Shown: piece by piece, positions 31,501 to 43,500 of the stretch
Layout of the letters: each line of letters begins with the position of its first letter
How positions within the stretch are numbered: the stretch's first letter is position 1
Assembly: GCA_000708835.1 (NCBI GenBank)
Contig: DF237023.1
Coordinates: 1 to 64,000, forward strand
From: Klebsormidium nitens
Taxonomy: Eukaryota > Plantae > Klebsormidiophyceae
Length of the DNA stretch: 64,000 nt
Direction of reading: 5' to 3'
Notes under the pieces: generated by a model
Databases searched by the model: none
Told to the model about the DNA's origin: nothing
Seen by the model: the letters and a program-made list of their open reading frames with translations, nothing else
Program-made: the position numbers and the translations under genes

Positions 31501-34500
31501 TTGTCTTACTATGGTCCAACATCGCTGTACCCCAAGAGGCGCCGTCATATGTTTGCTCGGGTCAAATGTAAAGAGCGGATATAAGAATCAAACTTTATAA
31601 AGTCGTGCGTCCTCACCTTTAGCAATGTTCGGTTCCTGAGTTTTGCAACGAGACCGAGCTTGGCTTCAGGACTCTTATAGACTTGCTTCAGATCTTTTTA
31701 CGCGTGCATTAGAGTACATTCGCTAACCTGTTGAGAAACCGGCTCGCTTCTGTACTGTCAAGATAAGTTCAGAACTGGGCCTAAGGTCTTGTGTTTCTCA
31801 GGATTACGCAGATGCCACCATGACAGAGATTCGGGATCTCAATCAAGTCGGAGTTTTCTCCCCACCTGATAAGAAGCCGCCCCTCTTTCTCGAAGACCTG
31901 TTTCTGCAGCACCGGTTCTAGAGCCGGGTTGGGCTCATTCCAAAATCATCAACCAGTACAAGAACCAGAAAGGAAAATAAGATTGCGATACTTGAGATAT
32001 TCAGTGCTCACCTGATAAGAAGCCGTCCCTGCTTCTCGAACACCTGTTTCTGGAGCACCGGTTCTAACGCCGGGTCCAGGCTCTCCCCGATATCTTCTAG
32101 GAGAACGGGGCTCCCGGTCCGGATGCTGTTCTCGAGCGTCCGCAAAAAGTTGGGGTCCGTCAGCTTGACCACGCGCAGCCCGTTCTTGGCCTCCATTGCT
32201 TTGATCCACCGGTTGGCCTGCCCAGGAAAAATGGGGGGCAAAACTGAGACTGAGGATAGTTTTCACGGCTTCTTCCGAGCAACTTGCCACTGTTCGTGAA
32301 AGTTTTAGTCTAAATTAGTCAATCTGCTGATGAGTGAAATTAATCTAAATTGGATAATACTGGCATGTTGAACGGGAGAAGCTGTATCCAAAAACAATTC
32401 AAGACGCTGATTGCATTTCGTGACCTTGATCCACAGTTTGGCTCGTGAGTGTTTGTGAGCATAGACAAAACGTGGGGTGTTTGTGATTCGGAAGCACAAA
32501 TGCTCTGGCCGTAGGAGGCTGACCATGTGGATTCGAAGACGCTACACGTTGAGGATTGAGCTGCTTCGTCACTTTTTGAGATCGAAAAGCTTCGCCGAAT
32601 GGGATTCTGACAATGACAGGTCTGTATGTCGGGAAAGACGCTCTGTTTGAAATTGTAGAGACGCCTGTCCAGATTCGCCTGGACTACTCAATTCCAGCGC
32701 GAATACTGATCGCGGTCCAGTGAAATAGATTCAAACAAGAACCCACCTGCGCCTGCGGGTCGATCATGAGCGGCCACCGCCTGCCACGTGTCACCAGCAC
32801 GCCGTTGTCCACCGACACCCCGTCCGTCGGCAGCCCCCAAATGTTCCACTCGCGCACCTCCACCGGGTTCGATAACGTGCCCCTCAAACTCGCGTTATCG
32901 CTAACCGGGATCCCAACCTCCTTGCACCGGTCGATCCACTTCGCGACCAGCTCCTCCCGGTACGGACCGGTGAACGCGCCGTAGTACGAGATGCACGCGG
33001 CCGCGAGGAACACGTCGCCGACGAGGAGCGCGGTGCGCGCGCCGATCGCGGCCGCGGTGTCCGCCCAGCGGACCTGCTCGTCGCCGAGCGCCTCCGTCAG
33101 CTGGCCCGCGCGCGCGAGGCGCGCGGTCGTCTGCGCGGCCTGCTGCGCGAGGCTGGCCTGCTCGGCCTCCGCGTCCGCCAGCTTCTGCCGCAGGGTCGCC
33201 ACCTGCAGAAGCGGAACGGGACCGGAATGAGTTGGGTTCCGATACAGCTCTCGAGTTGAGAATTGGTTCTCCAGAAGGCCAAGCTTGTGATTGTACAGAG
33301 AGCATGTGGATTGAGCGCGACTTCTTCGCCAGTTCTTCGTCTACGATAGGAACAGCGCCTAAGTTTCTGAATACTGCATGAAAGAGAGAGAGCATCTCCA
33401 AAAGCTCTAAGAGAAAGTAAGTATCTCAGAACCTGGAGCATCAACCGATCCCAGCGCATAACGTTTGCCTATCTGGGCAAAAGATCCTTCACAGTACCGG
33501 ACCACACGGAATACGTGTGCATCCCGCGTTTGTAATCGCTGTATTTGCGTGTCATACCTCAGGCTCAAGAAACAGCGGCGACAGACATACCTGTGCCTCC
33601 ACCTCCGCGAGCTGCGCCTGTTTGGCCGCGAGCGCCTCGGCCGCGCGCCCGAGCGCCTCCTCCGCGCCGCGCAGCACCGCCTTCTTGGGCTCCACTACGC
33701 GCGCGACGCGCGCGTACACGTCCATCGCGCGCACCCACATGCACAGGCTCTTGGCCGCGGCACTCTGCAAACGAAAGAACGTACTCAGAAAGACATTTTT
33801 GATGCAGCGAATCGCTTTTCCTGGAAATTCGCTGATGTTTCTGCGCTTAGGGAAGCAAAGGTTTTGTAAAGCTTTGCCCGACAGCCCTGGACAGCTGTGC
33901 TAAAAAGACGTTTTCTGTCGTACGATCCCGCCGAATATCAAAGCCGAATCAAAATATGAAGAGCAGCAGGACCGGTGCCATCTGCAGATTCGAACTTAGA
34001 CAGGGTGAGAACTCCTCGGCCGTTTTGTTTGTGGCGAAATCTGGATTTGACGATGAATGATCAAGGCAGTTGGGCGACCGATTATGTTTGTTGCATCTGT
34101 AAAACTGTAGTGCCGAATCCGCAAAATCAGTCACAGCCTTATCCTTAGCTGGCATCCGGATCAGAAGCAACCAACGAAGCCGTCAAACGCGCACCAACCT
34201 ATCCGGGAAAGTACCAAAACCAAGAACAAGGGCCGGGGACCGGTATTGTGACGTCACCTGCTTGGCGACGGCGTCGGGCGTGAAGGACGGGTCGTCGATG
34301 TACTTGGACAGCTTCTTGAGCACTCCCGCCGACATGGCGTCCTTGTTGAACTCCACCAGCCGCTTCACGAAGCCCGACTCCGACATCACCTTCTTCGCTG
34401 TGTCCCAGTCCGTCTTCTCCTGGAAGAAGAAAAAAAGGAACAGGAATGAAGAGCGGGTTGCTGGATTAGGAGACTCGAAGCATGGCACAGCTCTTCACCT

Positions 34501-37500
34501 TCTTCGCGGCAATGTAGTCCGTCTTCTTCTGGAAGGAGGAGAGGAGGGGCGAGGGCTACAAGGTTGAGAACCCAGAAAAGCTTTTGTGTCTCATGAGATA
34601 GACCCTAGGATTTGAATGGATATCAAGATGGGCGTGAGGAGTTGAATTTCGTCAGAGAGTTTGCACACTTGCTTGTTGGTGACTTCGGCTTTGTTAAGAC
34701 GAAAGGGTATCTGTCTTCGGCGGCCTCGGAAGCATGAGAAAATTCACAACGCTGTACGAATGTGGATCACAGAATCAAATACTTTCCAACCGCAGGACGA
34801 CAGATTGGAGCCGCAACTGACACAAACTTTACCGCAAGAAACGGACGTATCTTAGGGACAGAAAGGCATCTTTAGCATTTAAAACGTGGGTTCACTGCCT
34901 GGAGAATAGTGAGCAAGTGTGCGGAACAGTATCTTCAGCAAGGGAATTAAACGAGCGTCCGCACCTGGAGCAGGACGCAGACGCCCTCCATCGTCAGCTG
35001 CACCAGCGGCGGCGGCTTGGTGAACGACTTGATCTCGGTGATGTCATTCTTGTTGAGCGCATTTAATGCCTCAACCGCCGAATTCAATGCGGGCAGCGCC
35101 TCGTCCAGGTCCTTCTGCGCGTCGTCCTTGATCGCCTGCGTGCGCGCGGTCTGCTCCTTAACCTCCGCCTCCTCCTTGCTAACCACGTCCTTAACCTGCT
35201 GCGCGGCGGCCTGGTCAGCCGTAACCTGCTTCAGTAACTCCTTGGTCGTCTCCGTCTTCTCCGCCAGAATGGGCGCGAGCGCGTCGAGCTCCTTCTTCAT
35301 CGTCCCCACGATCTCGTTCGTCTCCCGCAGTTTGTTTAACCCGTTCACTAACCGGTCGCGCGCGTTATTCATCTCGAGCCGCTTCTCGCCCAGCAGCTGC
35401 GTGTATAAATTGATGAGGTCCAGATAGCTTTTGGGCGTCGTGTAAAATTTGCGCCGCAGCTCCTGGTAGAACCGGTCGCTCATTTCCGTAACGCTCGTGT
35501 GGATCTCCACGCACATCCGCGCCACGCTGTCCCTGACGTCAGCGGAACCCAGGTCCTGGTTCTGCAGGAACCGGGTACTAACCGACAGCAACGCTTCCTC
35601 CGGCCACTGAGTGTACCAGTCTATCGTACAGCAGTTGATGAGTGACGGGAACTGCCGGCAACGGGCTCGGAACGCATCCCCCACCGGACTCATGCACAGA
35701 ACCACGTGCAGGTTTTCTCTAACCCGGGCGATAAACGCCTGGTACATCGAGTCCCGCGTCTCGGCGACGTTGTTCTGCTGGCACCACTCGCGGATGTCGC
35801 CGATGATCCGCTCCTTCTCGTCCGACGCAAACAGCCCCGGGACTTCCCCCGAGTTGAGCAGGTTATTGATGTCCTCCAGGAAACCCTCGTTAACGATCTG
35901 GGTGTCGGTAAACAAAAAGGCAACTGGTTTGCCCGTAACCCCCGCTAACCGGTACAGCTTCTTCAGGTCTTCCCGGAACTCGTTGTTGCCGTAACCCCGG
36001 GTTAGCTCGATCTGGAAGCACTGGTAGTCGGCCATGAAGCACGCGAATCGGGTTAGGCTCTGTTTGCCGGAACCGCCCACGCCGACGAGCATCGCGTTGC
36101 CACGTGGCTGCCGGAGAATGCGCGCCATTCGGCTGATGTGGTCGATCGCGTCGCGGAAGAAGACGAGCTTCATTCCGTTGTGCCCGCCCGCGTTGAAGTC
36201 CGCCAGGTAGTCCTCCAGCAGAACGGAAAGCTTCTCGATGTCCGTCACCTGGACGAAACAAAATAGTAGGTGTTGGTCTCCGCTTATGAGGACCTTTTCT
36301 TTGAGTACCAGTGCGCTTGGAGCGGTGTGGGTGCCAAGAGCTATACTTGTCAGCGGTCGATGTCAAAGCATGAACTTCAAAGAAAACCATCCGAATCTTC
36401 TGCGAATCGAACGGAAGAACCAGGCCTGTACCACTTTCGTAAAACCACGAAGATTGCTCTCTTGGCTACGTAGTCATTTGTCAAATGGGTGTGACGTGAA
36501 AATTATTTGATCTATAGAGCTGCAAAATACTATCAATGAAAGATAGGGAACCCAATGATGACACTCCAACGGTCATAGCCCAACCTCGATTCCACAGTTA
36601 GGGCAATCCCCACCTGCTCGTAGTGGCGGTCCTCCCCAGTCGCTCCAGGTCTGAGGTAGTCGCCGAACATGACCGGCTGCGCCCCGGCGAAGACCTCGTC
36701 GTGCGCGCGCGCCTCGTCAAAGTTCCGCTTCAAGATCTCGTGCAGCATTCCGGTGAAGTAGCGCTTGTCAGCGGAATCGATCAGCCGGTCGTGGAACACC
36801 CGCATGCTCTCGTGCACCCACAGGCTGGTTAGCACTTTGCGGTTAGGCACGTCGCGCGGCGTAACCATGAGAATCCCCTGGAAAACCTTGGACACGTCGC
36901 GCAGGTTGAACGTGTAGTGGCTCTTGGCGGGCGTCGGGAGGAGCTCGCGCGATATGCGCGCGTAGACTTCCACGCTCGACTCGACGATGGGTTTCGCCAA
37001 ACCCTTGCACTCCGCGTTGAACGCGCCGAGAAACCCGCCGAGGATCCCGCCGAAGATCGTGCGCAGCGCGACGTCGCTCGGCTGCGGCACGCAGAGCATG
37101 CTGAAGTGACGTAGGAAGCGCGGGGTGACGTCATTGCGGCCGCCGCCGGGGGGCGCGCACGCGCAAACAATGGTCATGTCGTCCACGTCCTTCCAGAAGA
37201 GCTTCTGCCGGTCGTAGAACCCGCGGAAGTCCTGAGCGGAAGGGCGTACAACGGAACGAAGTTCAGAACGCGGAAAGTGTGACCAAAAACTGGGCGAAAC
37301 GGGATCGTATTGGCAGCCAGTTTTCCCCTGCCAGGACATTGCACTCAAAATCTGCCCCTTTGGCTGCTCGACGCCTTTCCGTAGAATAAGACGCTGAACG
37401 TTAAAGAAGTGGCATACAAGGACTCGGTCTCAATGGGGACGAATTTCTCTCGAAGTCCTTGTTCCAGATTAGCTCTGGACTTTCCTGAGATAATTGTCGC

Positions 37501-40500
37501 CTCAATTTCAAAAGCGGGTTCCCACATAGTTTCGCGTAAGATTCTGGACTCGGTGAGATAAGAAAGTTTCAGCTTTGTTTACAGACGGCTCTGTTTCTCA
37601 ACGTCTGCAAGGGCTTTGACCAGGTGACGAATTTGAGTGTCTGAAAGCAGTCCGATCGGGTCAGTATGCGATCGATGATCACGAAAAGACCCGATTCAAT
37701 GTATCTTGATCCATGAAAGTGTCAAGAAAGCCTGAGCTCGCCACGTGGCGCAATCTGCTCACCTGGAACTGCCGCAGCAGCTCGACGGGCGGCTGCGCGC
37801 CGTACTTCTCCCTCACGGGCATATTCACATCGTCCACAAAAAGCACGATCTTCTTCCCGGGGGGCGCGCCGAACCGCGTCTTCCGCTTCTTCTCCAGCTT
37901 GCTCTCGATCAGCTCCTGCGTCGCCAGACTAGTTGTCTGCGCGCTGAAGTTAACCGTTACCGGTACCAGGTTCTTGGGGCCCTGGGTGCGGTTCAGCAGG
38001 TCGGTAATGATTGCGCTCTTGCCGACGCCCGACACCCCGGTGAAGAGAACCGAGCGCTGGACTTCCAGGCCGATGTCCATGAGGAAAGAGTACCGGGTGG
38101 TATCGACGGTGGGTACCGTCAGCGCGAAGAAGGGCAGCTCGGGGCGGTACACGAAGGGGGCCACCACCTAGCGAACAGAGAAAGCGACACGTCGTCAATT
38201 GCGAATCCAATCGGTCAAATCGTGAGTCATGTTCTGCAAAGGTCGTGTTTGATCAATTTAGAAATGCATTGGTGTGAACTGCTTGAACGCTGCGGTTAGC
38301 TTGGAGAGCGTGAAAACCGGTCAATGGTTTTCGCAGACCCAATCTAGAACGATTTTGCGTGGTCGTGCGTCGGCCGCTTGGTTGATTGAAGCAGAAGCGG
38401 CTACCGCTTCTACGAAGTCACAGCGAAAAGACCAGTTAAAACGTCAGAACAGATTAGTTCAATCACTGAGGAACTGAAAATACGAATTGAAAAGTCAGAG
38501 CAGAGAAAATTTCATTCACCAAGTCTCCGAAACCACTGTTATTGTCTACAAAGTCAGGGCGAAGATACCAGACAAAATGCGAGACCCAACAGCCTCGTTT
38601 ACCCAGACGACGTCAAAGTGCGGACGTGGTGCCAATTACGTTTAGTAAACCTGCTGACTAACCCACCTCGTCCCACGCCACCATCGCCCCCTCCTTAGGC
38701 TCCACAAAATAGTCGTACACCGTTCCGGCGCCCGGAAAAGCGGTCACGGGGCCAAGCTGCTCCCGGCAAAAGGCGTCGAATGCGTCTTGGTACTGCGAGG
38801 CGATGTTTCCCCCGAGCGACCAGATGTAGGCGAAGCAGAACAGCTTGTTGATCAGCGCGTGGAGCGGCTCGCCCGCGGCCGCGAACTCGACGCCGCGCGC
38901 GGGCGCGCAGAGGGCCTGCCAGGGTTTAGAGGTTTTAGGAGTGAGTCGGCTATCTCTTCGTAATGGTTGCGATGGCCATAAATTTTTTAACGACAGACAA
39001 AAGCTCCATTAATGAAGTGGACGTTTTTTCAGCTTGCAACTAGACGAGACAAAAATGAGATTGAAATTTCAAAAGACGCCGCTTGTGCATCAAAACAGAA
39101 GTAGAATCAATCTTTAACTGGAACGGAAACAAAGACAGCCGCTCACCTGGAAGTAGGAGCAGAGTGACGTCACCAGATTGATGTCGACACTCGGGATGCT
39201 CTCCGCGCACTTCTGCCGCACGAACCCCAGCCCTTTATCCACGTGTTCCTCGAACAACCCCCACACGTGCTCGATCGTCGCCACGTGTACGGTCACCTTC
39301 TTGTCTTCCGTGGAGAGCTCCTTGCTCAGCCGCTGCAGCCACGACTTGACGTACGGCCGCCAGCCTAGTTCTTCCGGCGGAACGTACACCATTCCGCAGC
39401 GGGAAACGGTCGCCGGAGAGGCGACGGCCAGGTCTTGGACCTCGAAGAGCATGCGCATCGTGGTCGGGTTGAGCTTGATGCGCTCGCCGTTGGGCAGGCA
39501 CAGCACGCAGTTGTCGTCCAGAACCTGGGTTAGAGATAACGGCAAGGGTTAACTAGAGCTTCAAATGCACGTCAACCAGATTAAGAAGGTGTTAGGCAGC
39601 ATCGAGAACTCCTGTTTGACTTGGTGCGCTCGCCGTTGCATAGGCACAGCACGCAGTTGTCGTTAGAACCTGGGTAGGAAGGGAGACAAACAGGGTTCCA
39701 GGATAACTAAATCGAAACACGTGAACTCATTCAAGGGTTAAAAAATGAGAGAACTCGAAGGCAGGGCTGGCTTGAACCGAGCTGTACGGGAAGGAACATT
39801 GAAGCCGAGAGCAACGCGGAAGCACGCTTCGGAGATCCGTATACACAGGATGATAGCAAACCAGCAGAGATTCAGGTAGTATTCTCGGAAGAAGCAACAG
39901 CAGATCAGAAAGAAATTGCCTTCCACATGTCCCAGCTCCGTTAAGGTGGTGTTCAAGATTTCGTTCTTAACGAGCAGGAACAAGTATGTGAAGATCGTGA
40001 AGGATTCAGTGATTCTAAATATTCATAATTGATTGTACTGGTCGTGAAAAGGTTGCCTCACCGTATTCATGTTCTCAATCCAGATGGCATCCACCGGCCC
40101 ATCGAACACGACCCACTTCCGATCCTGCGTCGTATCCGCCACGCACTGCCTGATAATCGTACTCGCTAACCCGTCCCTCCACTCGTTCGTTAACAGATTA
40201 TACTCTCCGTAAAGCTCGCCCATCTTTATGCATTTCGGGTTAAGCACGTACACTTGCGTGGTTTGGAAGTTCGGGTTAGCGTGACCCGCGGCCCTTAACC
40301 GCGTCATCGCCGCCTGGAGCATCCGGTAACACGTGGTCTTCCCCCCGCCGGTCGGCCCGACCGCCATAACCCCAAACCGCACGTTCATCGTCTCGTACAG
40401 CTGGATAACCTTGGTCACGAAGTTGCTAACCCGCTGCAAACCCGCTTCTTCGATGCAGGCCTCGATCGCGCTCTGTAACTCCCCGTAGTCTTGCGCGGGG

Positions 40501-43500
40501 ATCGTCACCCCGGGGAATAAGTCGGAAAGTAGCGCGAGGAAAAGCTCGACGTCTTGCGCGAGGAATTTGGGCAGGTTGCTGTCCTTGAACGCGCGGATGA
40601 GAACGGCATCCTCGTCGAGATCGGGGTTCGAGCGCTTCAGGCTGCCGGCCATGACCAGCACCGACTTGACCGCGCGCATGCCAAAGTCCTGTGATGAGAG
40701 AATGGGTAACCGGGTGAGACTTGCACCCTGATCAGTAGGCAGATAGGAGAAGAGCATTCCATTTGCTTAATGCAAGATGATCGAGGCAGGCGGAGAGTGA
40801 CCAATGATATTTGTCCGAAAAACAAGATGGTAAGCCTCAGATCCTAGATATGCGAGGAAACCGGGGATTATCATTCCCAACTGAAAGTCCATCTGCTTTG
40901 ACGCATGCACACGCGAGACATTTCATAAAACAAACCGGTCTCGGATTCCATCTTCCAGAAGAGATGCGTGGAGAAAAAAGGTTTGTACTCAGACGTATTC
41001 ATCAACCGTGTGTCCTGATTTGCCCCTTCGTCTGGGGCCCATAATCAGACAAGGAAGGATCAGCGGGTGCGTGCGCTCTCGCTCACGTAGTGGTCCTGCT
41101 GGCTGAGCTGCTCGCTGGACAGCTTGTACAGCTTCACCATCTTGCGGCTCAGCGTCTTGGCGTTGGCGAAGCCCTCGCTGAACAGCATCACCTGCGGAGA
41201 AGGACGGCAGTCACATTCGTCACTGTTATCATCCTTACGGGCTCAGTCGGCAGATTGCTTCTGAATGCTTCTCAAAACGAGGATTGGAAGAGCGTTGTCT
41301 TCACCGCAGACAGAGTATTTACTTGCAACGCTGCTTTATGTGGCATGCCTTTGAACATCCCGCCCAAGAAGAACACTGTGCTACAGCAAGCAGAGTAGTG
41401 CTCGGGTTGCCGTAACAAATTCCTGAGACTGCAGATTGGCTTTCAGTTCCATTTGGACCCACTTCGTCTCTAGTATCCGACCAACTTCAAAAAGAACTTC
41501 AGAACGAAACCAAATTCCCAATTCCAAGGGATCCCTCACCTCGGCGACCAGTGCATAGTCGGGGATCATCATGCTGACCGGCCGGAAGAGCACCTTGAGA
41601 TTGTCGGGGAGCTCCGTTCGCCCAGCATAGCCCGGATTCATGGTAATGAATACGCCGCAAGTTTGTACCAGGCGGATCTCCCGACCCTCGAAGTTGAACT
41701 TGGACTGCCCGGCCTTGAGCGCGTTCTGAATCGTCAGCAGCTGTTGAGCCACCACGCTGAGCACCTGAAAGGCGGTGGACAGACCGGGATTTTTGAACCA
41801 GGGCTAGCGTAGATCGTATGGAATGAATTAAGCATAGAGGATGAAGCTGCTACACCTCCCTGAGAAGTTGACTTGATACCCAGAGAACAATTGGTCAACT
41901 TGCATTATTCTTCTACGCAGAGTCGGGGAATGATAACAAAAGGGTGGAGCAACAATTCTTGGATTTGAACAGAGCTGGTGCTTGCGCTCGGCTGATTATT
42001 TCTAAGCTGCGTTTTCTGGATATTCCATTCTCCTCACAGAGCTTGCAGACTCCAGTTTATGTTTTTTGGTACGTTCTCGAGATACGGTAATCCAAACTAT
42101 TTCCTAGGATTCCAAAGATGCTCCACACATCACGACTCTTTCAGCCAAAAATCTGTAGGACTCAAGCGGTCGAGGCTGGAGAGCGCACCTCGATATCGAT
42201 TCTGTTGAACTCGTCGAAGCACGCCCAGGCGCCGCACTGCGCGAGCCCCGCGAAGAACTTGCCCATGAACTTGTAGTCCAGGTTGTCGCCGCAGTTGAAA
42301 ACAACGCACTGGATGCCCAAGCACTTGCCCAGGTCCTTCGTCGTCTCCGTCTTTCCGGTCCCTGCGGCGAACCGAACGGAAACCCTCGATAAGCGCCCAA
42401 GTCATGCGTGGGCTGCTGTTCCAAGACTAGGCTAGCTCTTATTTGCACATCGGTTTTATTGAAGCAGGGTGATAATCCAAAGATTTTCTCAAAAGTGTTT
42501 TCCGTCCTTGCTTCCTTGCTTTCAACACTGAAGGCGTCAAACTTTCGGTGAAGAGCAGATCCTTGAAAGAGGGGTCTTTTCAAGACGGTGAAAGCTATCG
42601 GAGGAATGGGTTAAGGGTCTTACCCGCTGGTCCGGCCGGTGCTCCGCCGAGCTTCAGGTGAAGCGCTCCCGTCAGGGTCATGTAGCACCTGCAATGAGAA
42701 GCGGATCCGTGATTCATGAAATTAATTGGCAAGGAACTTTCAAATGAACCCTTTCACCCTAGCAAAGAAGTCTCCTCTTCTGGCGGCAACAACCGGACTT
42801 CGCGACCGTTCGTCGTACTGCATTTCCAAGGAGTATGCGCAGGAAGAGTTCTGTAGATCTCAGACAACCACTGCTGTTTCTGCCTTGCTGCATGGAAGTG
42901 CTTTTCTGGACTCGGAATAAGCTCAGGGCAGAGGAGATATATACGCAGGGCGCCTTTTTTCTGAAAAAGCGGGCGCTAGGAACCAGAACCGAGCACTTTC
43001 CGCACCTGTTCGTGACCGGCATGATGACCAGGCGGAACTGCGCTCCGAGATACTCGTACTTATTACCCGAAAACTTATCACAATACCCATCTAGACCCCT
43101 AAAACCTGAACACCCAGAATCTCTGTCATCTGTCCGTCAGCGGCGTGACGACCAGCCGGGACTGCGCCCCGAAAGACTCCTCCCTGAAATACGAAAGGAC
43201 ACCTTTTTGGAGACTTTTTGGAGATTCTTAACTCAAAAATCCGCTCACCTGTCGGTCAGCGGCGTGATGACGAGGCGGGACTGCGCCCCGAGGTACTCGT
43301 AGCCGTAGATGAAGCGCGCGTTGGTCTGCTTCACGATGCAGTCGTCCACCGAGTCGTCCCAGTAGTACCGCAGCTGCATCTGCCACCCAAAGTCGTTCGC
43401 CGAGAAGATCTTCTCCCTGCGCAAACGAAACGTAAGTCAGAGGCAAGGCGGCTCAGGGCGTGCATCAGCCAAAGGCGTCGAGACAAGTCTCGATCCAGGT

